Positions 12,841 to 23,464 of a DNA stretch of 64,000 nucleotides are shown one piece after another. Both the position numbers and the translations under genes were made by a program. This stretch comes from Diadema antillarum. Its lineage: Eukaryota. The notes beneath the pieces were generated by a model. That model was not told the DNA's origin. It was given only the letters and a program-made list of their open reading frames with translations, and did no database searches. The DNA is taken from assembly GCF_040938485.1 (NCBI RefSeq), contig NW_027271794.1, positions 62,001-126,000 on the forward strand. The letters are read 5' to 3'. Numbering within the stretch: the stretch's first letter is position 1; each line of letters opens with the position of its first letter.

Positions 12841-13926
12841 CACTTGCTGTTATACTGCAAATAGAATCACCAGACTTTGGATACTTCCATTGACATGGAT
12901 ACTTAAATTCTCCCTCATTTTGCATCATTTTAGGACGTGCTCGTATTTATCAAAAACTTGCTCTCAATTATTGATAAACTTGATTAGGCGCATTCACACT
13001 GATGACAAAAACGCGGGAAAATGATCGCGATCCCTATTTTGAGATTTACTTGTTATGTATTCATCTATTTATTATTGCTAGCGTTTTCCCGCGGACAGAA
13101 ATAGCTGGATAACGATCGCGATGCAAATGTCGAGATTTTTTTTTCTTTTTTTGCAAGCATTCACACGGGCAGAAATATACCGCTGATTTGGAGTTTCTCT
13201 TTGCCATTGTTCTTGCTGGTGGCCGTGGTGTTGTGCGCATAATGTGATTTTTTTGGGGGGGGGAGGGGGGTAGTGCGAAAATTGTGATGTGCGCTTTGAA
13301 TGATGATATGTGCGCTTGGAATGATGGGATATAAAATCTCGAGATTATGGTCTAGCGTTTACACGGCCACAAGGGGAAGAGTTATAGGGATAATTCAGAA
13401 ATAAGCACAGGTTTTGCACATGTTTTAGGGGTATTTGCATCGCAATGCTGATCGCGATAATTGGTATAACTTTTTTGACCACCGCACGAACAAAAAATCT
13501 CGAGATTTCGATTGCTAACACAATCCCGAGATATTTATCTCCCTAATAATCTCACTAGTATGACTGGGAATGATTCTACTATTTCTGTCACCTGAAATGT
13601 GTACTTGTTTTTCATAATATTTGAGCTGTCGGGGTTGGATCGTCAAGGCACAGCGGTCACAGAATGACAGATATTTCACATTATAAGTATTCGCTCTTGC
13701 AGTTCGAAATGAACCGCTAAACTAGTTAATTCCTCAATGGGAATGCTTTGATATTCCATGAATTTCCATTCTTTTAGGCGTTTTTTCATCTCTCCCTTGT
13801 TGTATATCTAATGGGAGAGTAAATTTTGACTACAACGGTACAACGTTTTTCTTCCTTGCTTTTATACAGTGGTACGTGTAGTAACAATTAAGTTATGTTA
13901 GTATGATGCTTATGTTATCTGATTTG

Positions 13927-14001
<75 letters not shown>

Positions 14002-15358
14002 TTGTACAACCACGAGAAAGGTGTGGTCTTTCAAAAACTACACGTGGTTTTTTTTTCATTATTTTGTTACTTTTTATTATAATTTAATTGGAACTATTAA
14101 TACATAGCCTACTTCAAATATTACCATCATTTGAAGATGTTGAATATTTCCTAAATCATTCATATCGACAGGGAGAACTGCTCCTTGCAAAGACATTTTG
14201 AGATTTATCTTTTATTTATTCATCATTACAAGTATTTTCACGCGGACAAAAATAGCTGGATAATGATCGCGATCTAGATATCGAGATTTGAACTGCTGTT
14301 TGCAAAGATAATTTCTTTTTATTCACTCTTATCTTAAAACTAAACAATGGAAATATAACGAACATAATAATCTAATACATGTAGTTTTATATCGTCATAA
14401 ATAGTGACGGTATTATCTATCATTAATTGTCACATTTTCTGTCTTAATCCGAGATTCTAAACGGTTTTCAAATTTTGACGCTAAGAGGAATTCGTCAAAA
14501 CGATGGCTTGGCGGTACTAGAATGATGTCATGCATTTTATTTCCTACCTACTTGCAGTTAATATAAAAAGCTAAAGTAGTGAATTGCTCATGTGGGAATG
14601 TGTTGACCTTAACTCGGTTCTTATCTCTTGAACTGTGTTATTTTTTAGCCTTTATGAATACTGAACGGGAATCTATGGTTTTTTTTTACCATATTGGTCC
14701 TACGTTTTAACACGTAACGATTAAGATTTCTCAACCTAACGGATATTATGATTAGATGTCTTGATGTTGTGAGTATCAATGCAAATGTTCGTATTAAATA
14801 TTATCAATTTTAGGTGCCAGAGATTACTCGTTTAACCCCGAGGAAGGTTTTGCCCGCGGCGGTCGAAGTCATTAAGGTAGTTTTCATCCCTGTATACATT
14901 TTCAAGTAATTTGAAGAGAATTTTTAAGATACCATATCCCATCCTTATCCGTGATTCGAATACGTTTTTGATATTTTGTATTTCGTCCATATGAGATGGA
15001 AGGACCGGTATTTGCCCGGATTTGAGTCGTCCTCATTTTCCCTTATTGTCATGTTCGTAAGTAATAATATTTGTTTTTTTATTCTTCTTATTCTTATGTC
15101 ATTTTTTTTCTTTCCCGGTTTGGGAAGATGAACTACCTGTCCAGATACCAATCTGTTCTTTGCTGTTACCCCTTTGCTTTATGGATACTATTCTGTATAG
15201 AATGTCATGTCAACAATTCTTGGAAAAATTCCCTTAACTTCGAAACTTTTCGTTCCTCTTAATTTTCTTTTTCCTTCATTGAAGCTGCGGGACAGTACTC
15301 CTCGAAGAAAAATGGAGATGCCGATTTCGAAAAGCGTCCTGGCGTTCTCTATGAATGA
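1066..15358 (+). CDS. Multi-exon gene (5' end outside the window) encoding a repetitive peptide-precursor-like protein; about 349 aa in the window if all called exons are joined
   Basis: 18 internal exons with polypyrimidine-AG acceptors and GT donors. All have lengths divisible by 3, are phase 1-1 and are open in the joined frame. A terminal exon ends in TGA. Unit translation: AAGLGSNLNAEEEDMASKRWHHLFGKW-ELHTWV-VAEQDLSERGQGDVYDRSL-AAVDSNDQELLKKLLLQLNS-VADQDLSERGQGDVYNRTL. The splicing is predicted; there is no transcript evidence. Confidence 0.72.
1961..1978 (+). CDS. Micro-exon B, 18 nt (ELHTWV); copies at 5490-5507, 9033-9050, 12536-12553
   Basis: ttttcttgccttctctatcatatctactgcag|AACTGCATACCTGGGTTG|gtacgt; strong sites, symmetric phase 1. 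Confidence 0.62.
2120..2176 (+). CDS. Exon C, 57 nt (VAEQDLSERGQGDVYDRSL); copies at 5649-5705, 9192-9248, 12695-12751
   Basis: ctctcattttag|TTGCC...AGCTTGG|gtatgc; symmetric phase 1; paralogous to exon E. Confidence 0.75.
2383..2442 (+). CDS. Exon D, 60 nt (AAVDSNDQELLKKLLLQLNS); copies at 5930-5989 and 9482-9541 (Q>H variant)
   Basis: cttatttcacag|CCGCGG...AACTCAG|gtgagt; consensus acceptor and donor, symmetric phase 1. Confidence 0.8.
2871..2927 (+). CDS. Exon E, 57 nt (VADQDLSERGQGDVYNRTL); copies at 6416-6472 and 9969-10025
   Basis: ctcattttag|TTGCCGATC...ACCTTGG|gtatgc; duplicate of exon C with three amino-acid changes. Confidence 0.75.
12830..14900. repeat. Older, diverged and rearranged copies of parts of the tandem unit (intron sequence)
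   Basis: Recognisable but diverged blocks: cacagcggtcacagaatga (13650), gttcgaaatgaaccgct (13702), gagaaaggtgtggtctttcaaaaa (14015), aatagctggataatgatcgcga (14250), gccagagat (14816). Confidence 0.75.
13925..13996. repeat. (TA)n/(TG)n microsatellite. Others: (CTT)n after exon C in each unit, (TA)n at ~18470 and ~27560, (GT)n at ~12800 and ~34380
   Basis: Seen directly in the sequence. Confidence 0.95.
15285..15358 (+). CDS. Terminal coding exon (AAGQYSSKKNGDADFEKRPGVLYE-stop), homologous to exon A
   Basis: aattttctttttccttcattgaag|CTGCGGGA...TAT GAA TGA; phase-1 entry; shares the AAG..S..N....D...KR pattern with exon A. Confidence 0.62.
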
Positions 15359-15439
15359 TCCGTCAACTGCATATTGCTGTCCACCATCCACTTCTGAAAC
15401 TGGATAATTGAAACGATTGGCCCCTCTTATTTTTTTTTT

Positions 15440-17220
15440 CCAAAATGCCTTCAAAATGTTTAAGGCAGTGTTTGCTTCTTCGTTGTTTTTTCTTTGGCTT
15501 TGGGTTATTATGATGTGTGTTCTTAGGGCATGCATTAAACATTGCTAAATATATATTTCATTTCATTCTCTGCTTTCGTTAATAGCTATCCATGTTTGTA
15601 AAGATTATCAATTCACTTGCTATCAATCGTAAGTCACGTGTAAGATTTTTTTTCAGCTATTGTATCTTGGGAACTTGGTGTCTGTACTGTTATATTGATG
15701 TATTTAAAACAAAGAAGCAATGTATTATTAAAAAAAAAAAAAAAAAAAGAAATTGCAATATTTTCCATACGTCCGATAACATAAATCATAATAATGAGTA
15801 ATACTGTGAATACGGACAAACTGTCGCTCAGAGCAGCAAGGTATATGAACAAGTGTGTTGCTGTCGTTTTAAGGAAAATAACACCAGAATAGGTCCTAAA
15901 ACGTGCTCCCGAAAAAAAGTGAATGAAAATAATAATACTAATAATTACTGTTATGAAAGTTCCTTGTATGCACACAAAGTCTTGTTTAAGACTTAACCCA
16001 GTCTGTGCAGGGGAAAATAGACGTAATGAGAAACTAATGGTCTCGCATATTCTTTTCCAAATTGCCTACCAAATGTTTAAGGCGATGTTTGCTTCTTCGT
16101 TGTTTCTTCTTTGTTTTCTTTTGTTATCATGACGTGTGTTCTTAAGGCATTAACTATGCATTGCTAAATATATATATATGTTATTTCATTCTCTACTTCT
16201 TATTAATAGCTATCCATGTTTGTAAAGATTATCAAATCACATGCTATCAATCCTAAGTCATATTTAATTGTTTTACATTGCCTATTGTATCTTGGGAACT
16301 TGGTGACTGTACTGTTATATTGATATACTTAAAACAAAAGATATACCTTAAAAACTGAATTATGATTCTTAAGCCAAAAAAAAAGGAGAAAAACCTAAAC
16401 TATATTTTCCACATGTACGATAACATAAATCATAATCATGAATGATATTGTAAATACGGGCAAGTTGTCGCTCAGAACAGCAAGGTATGAACAAATGTGC
16501 TGCTGTCGTTTTAGGGAAAATAACATCAGTAAAGGAAAGCCTCCCCCCCCCCCCCCTCCGAAAAAAAAAGAATAATAATGATAAAAACAATTATTAGTAT
16601 TATTACTGTTGATAAAGTTCCTTGTATGCAAACAAATTAAGTCTTGGTGGTAAGGCTCGACCCAAATCAGTACAGGGGAAAAAAGACGCAATGAGAAACT
16701 AATGGGCTCTCATATTCTCATCCAAAATGCATTCCAAATGTTTAAGGCGGCGTTTGCTTTGTCGTGCTTCTTTGGTTTTTGTTATTATGGCGTATATTCT
16801 TAGGGCATGCACTAAACATTGCTAAATATATATCTTGTTTGATTCTCTTCTTTCCTTAATAGCTATCCATGTTTGTAAAGTTTATCAATTCACTTGCTAT
16901 CAGTAATTGTAAGTCACATGTAAGATTTTTGGGAGATCTTGTACTATTTTTGAGAGATCTACTCATGTAAGATCTTGGGAACTTGGTGTCTGTACTGTTA
17001 TATTGAGGTATCTAAGACAAAGAAGCAATGAAGCAAAGAAGCAATTATGGTTCAAAAAAAAAAAAAAAGCAAGAGAAATGGCAATATTTTTCACACGTCC
17101 GATAACATAAATCATTATAATGAGTAATATTGTATAAACACGGACAAACTGTCGCTCAAAACAGCAAGGTATATGAACAAATGTCCTGCTGTCGTTTTAG
17201 GGAAAATAACATCAGTATAG
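15440..17220. repeat. Three diverged tandem copies of a ~620-665 bp non-coding unit
   Basis: aaatgtttaaggc recurs near 15455, 16071 and 16736. Each copy also has aatagctatccatgtttgtaaag and ctgtcgctca..acagcaaggtat. Confidence 0.85.
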
Positions 17221-18466
17221 GGAAGTGTGAAAAACAGATGAGATGGGTTAACTTTAGTACAGTCAGTCTTAAACTTTTCATATTTTCTGAAAGAGCGAGT
17301 CTTCTTCTACATTGTTTTGGGATCATAAAACGAACAGGAAATTGTGTTATCAGCAGTTTTTCTCGAACACTTTTTATTTGTAGAATAGTGTGATAAGGTG
17401 TGTCTTGTATAGTCCAATTCCCTTTAAAACCATGTAGGCCTACACACTCCTCATTTTCAAGTATAATAACTTTAGAAAGGATAATGCTGCTACTTTGAAA
17501 GTTGCATTTGTCATGAACAGAATGTTTTAATAAAGCATGCTCAATTTCAGCTAAATTTTATACATGCAATTCCTTCATTGTTGTTGCTCCGGTGATTTAC
17601 ATCTTGGTATTTTTTGTGTGTGTGTGTGTGTTTGTATCAAATTCATCGCTCAGGTAACGCATACAAACGCACACGTATATATAATGTTGTTGTTATTATT
17701 ATCATTATTATTATTATTATTATTATCATTATTATTATTATATAGGCTATAAAGACAAATCTTGAAGGGTAAGAGGTATTATACAACTTAAACAGGATTA
17801 TCTTGAATGCGAAACCTCTTCGTTTATCCGCTACCCTTTCTTCGTCAGTAAATCTGCCTAAACTGATCACTTGACTTTCAGTAATATTACAGAAAACTTT
17901 AATATACGTTTTGTAATGCACATGATTCATATAAAGAAAGAAAATAAATGAGTACATTAATCATGTCATAGATTTATATTGTATTATGAAATTAGCAAAT
18001 ATTTAAGTAAGAAATTATGCAGAAGGGATGCCGCTAAAAGTAGTTGGTTGAACAAGCATGACAAGTGGCAAGCTAGAAACACAGCTTGAGACACGGCATG
18101 AAATCTACTGTCATTTGTAAATGTTTCACTTCCAGGATTACTGTTAAATGTATATGTTTTTAACTATGTAAGATACAGTCTGTAAACGATATATAGAGTT
18201 TGTTTGGTGTATTATTATGACTCCTGGTGTATGTTTAGTCAATGTAGAAACCAGGACAGGCTAAATAGACTATATTTTCATAACTCTAGCAACTATAGAT
18301 CTGCAACGTATAGGCATTGAAGTGTTAGACTTATAAGATTCACATTCTTGGAACAACTTAAGTATTCATTCTCATTATTGTACCACTTCGTCGTTTTTTT
18401 CATTTGGTTGAAATGTTAATTGTAGATGTATAATAAGTATTATATGCATAATTATCTATAAAATAT

Positions 18467-18499
<33 letters not shown>

Positions 18500-18740
18500 C
18501 ATTTAAATAAGCTTTAAAGACATTCAAATGATAATTTTACAGAAAGTGGGTGTCGGATTGGTTTGATTATAAATCATTAGAAATAAACATAAAGGTCTAT
18601 GTAGTCTAATTAGTGTAAAATGATCGTATCAGACATTTTAGAGATTAAAAAAGAGTATGATTATCAACAAGCATTGACATCTTGTACAGTCCGGCACATT
18701 TTGTATAATAATGTGTTACAGTGTAATTAATGTGTTGTGC

Positions 18741-18815
18741 GCAGAACTGTGGAACTCACTACCACTACAAATTATCATTGTCCCACCTATAGATGCTTTT
18801 AAAATCAGATTAAAG
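18741..18815 (+). mobile_element. Degraded 3' fragment of a CR1/L2-type LINE reverse transcriptase
   Basis: Translates as AELWNSLPLQIIIVPPIDAFKIRLK, matching the WNxLP...FKxxLK C-terminal motif of these elements. Confidence 0.45.
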
Positions 18816-19409
18816 AAAAATAAAAGCCGTTACCACTGCAAGGTAACAGGTGAGATGTGCCGGGAATTTTTTTTTTTTCGAGGTTTGTGAACATGTATAT
18901 TTTTTCTCTCGTTTCTCATTTTTCTTTATTTCGCATGTTCCTTCCTTGTATCAAAATTATATTATTATATGTTATTATTATATTATATGTTAATTCATAT
19001 CAAGGCATCTCAGTGCAGTTGTGCTTTGTAAATTTCGAGGGACGTGCCCTGTTTATCGAACTATCCTATGCCATAATTTTAAAAGTACTTTTGTATTTCC
19101 ATAGATCTGTTTGGAATAAGGATATTTTGAATCGACATGAATTGAAAATATAATTTTACCTTTATCATTTTCTATGTGCGATATTTCATAGCATCATAGA
19201 TTATAAGCTGCAAAAAGTGCAAATGAAATACATATACGTAGGTTTACCGAAAAATCTTAAATAAGAAAACATTTCCCTTCACATTCTTTTAAAAAAGAGG
19301 TTTAATCCTTATATAATCATTTATCATATCGTATCTTCACGAAAGGAGTATTTTCCCATGCAAATACTACACAGACATGGATGATGTGGTCAGTTTTTTT
19401 TTTTGTGAA

Positions 19410-19566
19410 NNNNNNNNNNNNNNNNNNNNNNNNNNNNNNNNNNNNNNNNNNNNNNNNNNNNNNNNNNNNNNNNNNNNNNNNNNNNNNNNNNNNNNNNNNN
19501 NNNNNNNNNNNNNNNNNNNNNNNNNNNNNNNNNNNNNNNNNNNNNNNNNNNNNNNNNNNNNNNNNN
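19410..19566. other. Assembly gap (157 N)
   Basis: Run of n characters. Confidence 1.
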
Positions 19567-19761
19567 GTATTCGAATTTCATAATCTAATGGTTATATGGC
19601 AAGGAGTTGTTTATTCCAAACGGTACGTCCTGGACATGATAGGTATGTGGCTACACCCTATGTGTTGTCTGAGGTCTTTAGACAACTCTTGAAAATTACG
19701 CGTTTTCCCTCTCGAATTTGATTGTATCTCTTCTAAGGGTTCAATATTACCGTTGAATAAA

Positions 19762-21216
19762 TTACTGCCCAAATATACTCGCAACGGAAGGGATAGTCTC
19801 ATAAGTTTTTTCTCCCGAGTTGTCTACTGCGTTGAGGCCAGAGCAAAGTGTCGCTTGATGGTCTTCTTCCAACAGCATGTTTTGAATCATTGCATTGGAC
19901 TCACCCGATGGGATCTTTCCTTGCCCAGTTTTAGACATGAAAGATGAGAGTACAAGGTCGCTGGCGGGAGCGGTATCCTCTCGAACCCCAAAGTCACTGA
20001 AGGGATCGGCGGCGGAATCATCGGATGAATCGTCGTTGAGGAAACGTTCCTCATTGTTGACTGACTTCGATGTGAGCCCCGCAATAGGATCCTGCTCCTT
20101 CCTTGCAAATGGGGGAGTGTAACTATCCAGTTCAATGGTCAGGGAATTCAAACTGCAGTGACGGCGATATCGAGGATGATACTCAATTGGATTTTCCCCC
20201 TGGGACAGTTTTTGCTTTTGCCTACGTCGTCGAGCAACGGTGCAAATCGCCACAGCAATGACAACTACTCCCAGGCCTGTGCATACTGAGAGTACAGTAA
20301 CAAGTGCAAAGCGTGGATTATCATCTTCTGAACTCTCTGTGGACAGAAAAGAGTTGGTTGTTGTTGTTGTTGTTGTTGTTGTTGTCATTGCTTGCACAGG
20401 CGTTGTCTCTTTACTTGTTTCAGAGGGTGTTTTTGATTGATGAGTGAATGAAGAAACTGTGCTAACAGCTCGTTGCGTGGTGGAGTCGTCTGCGACCATC
20501 GTATACGGGGCATTGTTTTGGTCAGTATTACACAGAACAAATGACGTATCATTTGATGTTTGGAATTTTATTTCAACTCCTCCATTCCTCTTACTCATGT
20601 CTATCTGAAACACGAGGTTGCTATTGTCTATGTATCCTGTCGTGCTTTTGCCGCTAACATGAACAATCACTTCTTTTTCTCCGAAGGGTCTTTCCCAGCC
20701 TCCAAGTACACATGAGATGTTCGCATACATTTGTCTGTAGTTTTTATCAGCTGGTAGCAGGCAATCACAAACAATTATTTGGACATCGAACTGTTTTAAA
20801 ACCGGGTATTCAAGCGTTACGCCATTGTATTGAAGCCTGTTGCAAGTGTATTTTCCAAAATCAGTTCTGATCGTATTGACGATTTGAAGCTCAAAAGAAC
20901 TCATACCTTCTAAGTAATGCTTCCGATACGCATATGAAATCCGCATATCTTTAATTACGTGTTGAGCTAAGCCAAGTCGCGGATCAAAAATCACTACGTT
21001 AGTTTCTTCGTTGTCTTGATGTTTTATCCAATAAGTAAGTTGGTCCAAGTTGTTTGGAAACAAGCACAAGAGAGTCATATTAGCTCCAACTCCATAGTCT
21101 CGGGGAATGGAAACATCTTGGCTGTACACAGACGACATGATGGGTATCAGTATGGAAATGATTCGAAGCCATCGACACTCGACAAAATTCGAAATACAGT
21201 TACGAGAAGACAGCAT
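19762..21216 (-). CDS. Ig receptor paralog 1: type-I membrane IgSF protein with intronless CDS, 484 aa from the conserved ATG (an in-frame ATG also exists at 21237)
   Basis: A single ORF contains a hydrophobic leader (WLRIISILIPIMSSVYS), a V-type Ig domain (MTLLC..YWIKH..DFGKYTC), a 4-Cys domain, a Thr/Ser stalk, a TM (FALVTVLSVCTGLGVVVIAVAICTVA) followed by RRRRQK, and a tail ending KTYETIPSV. Confidence 0.9.
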   Translation of the reverse strand: MLSSRNCISNFVECRWLRIISILIPIMSSVYSQDVSIPRDYGVGANMTLLCLFPNNLDQLTYWIKHQDNEETNVVIFDPRLGLAQHVIKDMRISYAYRKHYLEGMSSFELQIVNTIRTDFGKYTCNRLQYNGVTLEYPVLKQFDVQIIVCDCLLPADKNYRQMYANISCVLGGWERPFGEKEVIVHVSGKSTTGYIDNSNLVFQIDMSKRNGGVEIKFQTSNDTSFVLCNTDQNNAPYTMVADDSTTQRAVSTVSSFTHQSKTPSETSKETTPVQAMTTTTTTTTTTNSFLSTESSEDDNPRFALVTVLSVCTGLGVVVIAVAICTVARRRRQKQKLSQGENPIEYHPRYRRHCSLNSLTIELDSYTPPFARKEQDPIAGLTSKSVNNEERFLNDDSSDDSAADPFSDFGVREDTAPASDLVLSSFMSKTGQGKIPSGESNAMIQNMLLEEDHQATLCSGLNAVDNSGEKTYETIPSVASIFGQ

Positions 21217-22599
21217 GGTCACCCACGCAGTCTCCATGTCGCAAAGATCTATCGAAGGAAATCAAGGATGGCTCAAGCATCCATTGGTCAGACATTTAGT
21301 GCACAAGGAATCGAGACAGTTTGTAAGCTTAAAGATAGTGTAGACCTATTCGTTTCCTCACTGCAAAGGTAAAACGTTCGGAGAAAACCAAGAACGCACC
21401 ATTCATTGATCCAGAACGTCTGATCACATCCGGCCTCTTCTTATCAATTACTGCGACCAAGTACGTGTTGCATTAGGATGCCGCTCTGCTGCTGGCTGCG
21501 ATTACTAGTAGTTCTTTAGCTAGAAGGTACAATAGGCTTGACCATATATGGCGATGTGCACTTAGGAGTGTCCTGAGCTACTGTTGAGACCTTCGACAGA
21601 CTTCCATGATTCCAGACAGAAATAGAAAACAGGCGCTGATAGCTGTTGGGGTATCGGGTATGTCATACCTCCGGTGACGTTCTGGTAATAATAGGCCTAC
21701 CTAATTGTTTTATGAACATGTAATCGCGATGTTACACCCCTCGAGTAAATTGAGGAAGTGGTTCAAAACGATTTTTTCCTCATTCATGAAATCAAGACTC
21801 CCAAACGTCATGTGATTTGTTGCAGATAATCATTCTCCAGCCCGGAAAAGTTTCACCCTACATCTCTCAGATAAGGCTATTGGCGAAAGGTTGAAATTAT
21901 TCTCCGAATAGTTTTGAAGCCAAGTTCAGTGAGAATATTTTACTTGGAAAATCTGTAGAAGCACTTGAAGGTTCTCGATCATACATCATCTGCGAACTTT
22001 ACCTTGAGTAACAAGTTACGTGGATTTATGAACCATGTGAAGCTTTTTGGAATTTAAAAAAAAAAGTGTTAAAAACACATCGAGTAGGATGTCACGTTTA
22101 CCTGTATTCATATCCCTCTTTTTTGACATGGGTAAACAAGAACAGTGGAATTTATTCTACATTCAAGTCGAGAAAGGTAGCAACTCTTTTTTTTAAAATG
22201 ACAGTTTCAGGGTACATGTGTAAGAAAAATGAGTATTCAGGTAAAGCATGGACGGCTAAATCGTGGTATCAGTCACCCCTTAAGTCTAGCTTGCGACGTA
22301 TTATATATAATATTCATAATATATATATATATATATTATATTATATTCAACCTGCATGTAGAATATGATGGTATATTGATTTCTTGCGAGACGTTTAGTG
22401 GACTTATATTCGTTGTTGAGACAAAATGAAATATATAGAAATTGTGTTAAACATCGTAAGGTTTATGAATATCAAATGTTCAAATATACATGTAGGCCCT
22501 CTATATATTGTAAGTGACACCCAACATATTTGTATTACACATGCAACACTTTATGACAGCGTAGGTACGTGACTGGAAATACAGTAAATTTGTTTTATA

Positions 22600-22978
22600 T
22601 TTCCATGCATATGTTTTGCCATTCATATAGTACATAAGCATAGGAATGGCGGCCATTTTGAATAAAAATGAGCTTAGATACTAAATGAACCTATATGAAA
22701 TGAAAAATCTCTTGCAAATGCAGATGGAGTAACTCTACGAACAGAAATGTACAAAATTTGGTGGAATAATTGGTCATATAATGCACGTTATTGTGTTATT
22801 CACGGCCGAATTAGCATATCTGGCGGCCATTTTGGATTTTTGCATTTTGCCGAAAATGCTCAAGGTTACGCGAGTGGCATCAATCGGATTTGGAATCAGC
22901 ACCCTCGAATTGACAAGAAACCATCAAAAAACATTGTATATATCACAAAACAAGGTTGGGTGCCTTCTAGCCTGGACT
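22600..22978. mobile_element. Probable fragment of a non-autonomous DNA transposon
   Basis: Repeated ggcggccatttt(g) motifs and a ...aggttgggtgccttctagcctggacta end typical of interspersed DNA-element remnants; the other end was not found. Confidence 0.35.
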
Positions 22979-23464
22979 ATTAACCATTTTCTATCCTTTG
23001 ATGGTTGCCTATATATAATAAGACGGCACGACGGCAAGGCTCTGCTTGCCGATGAAGTACTTGAATGAGTCTTGAAAAAAAAAATTGTAGTTCAGCAGTA
23101 GCAGTTTCAGTTCCCAATGCAAGATTGTCCAATTCATTTATAGGCTCTTGTCAGAACACAATATCATTCGATTCATGTGAATGACAGTCCCGGTATCAGT
23201 TATATCTTCTTTGTGTGTTACTCCGTTGGGTTTTATTATCGTCTGCTTACATTTTGATCGGAGGATTGCAAGGGATAATTTCGATATACTTCCTTGTTCA
23301 TATTCTGTGAGTGTTCAAGAATGTGTAAAACATGAGTGAGAATGGCAATGCATGTCCAACGTGCAATACCAACATCAAAAAGCAAAACAATAGAGAGTTT
23401 TAGATTTGCAGCGCGGAAGTTTGAGACGACGATTGCATTGGACGTTCTCCTCTCTGCGTCGTGT

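Noticed and set aside
15634-17200. Minus-strand hydrophobic ORFs with a GPCR TM2-like phrase (HLFIYLAALSDSL)
   Set aside because: There are no TM1 GN or TM3 DRY motifs, the frames break in the other repeat copies, and AT-rich DNA readily gives hydrophobic translations.
19377-19692. ORFs spanning the N run
   Set aside because: Artefacts of translating the assembly gap.
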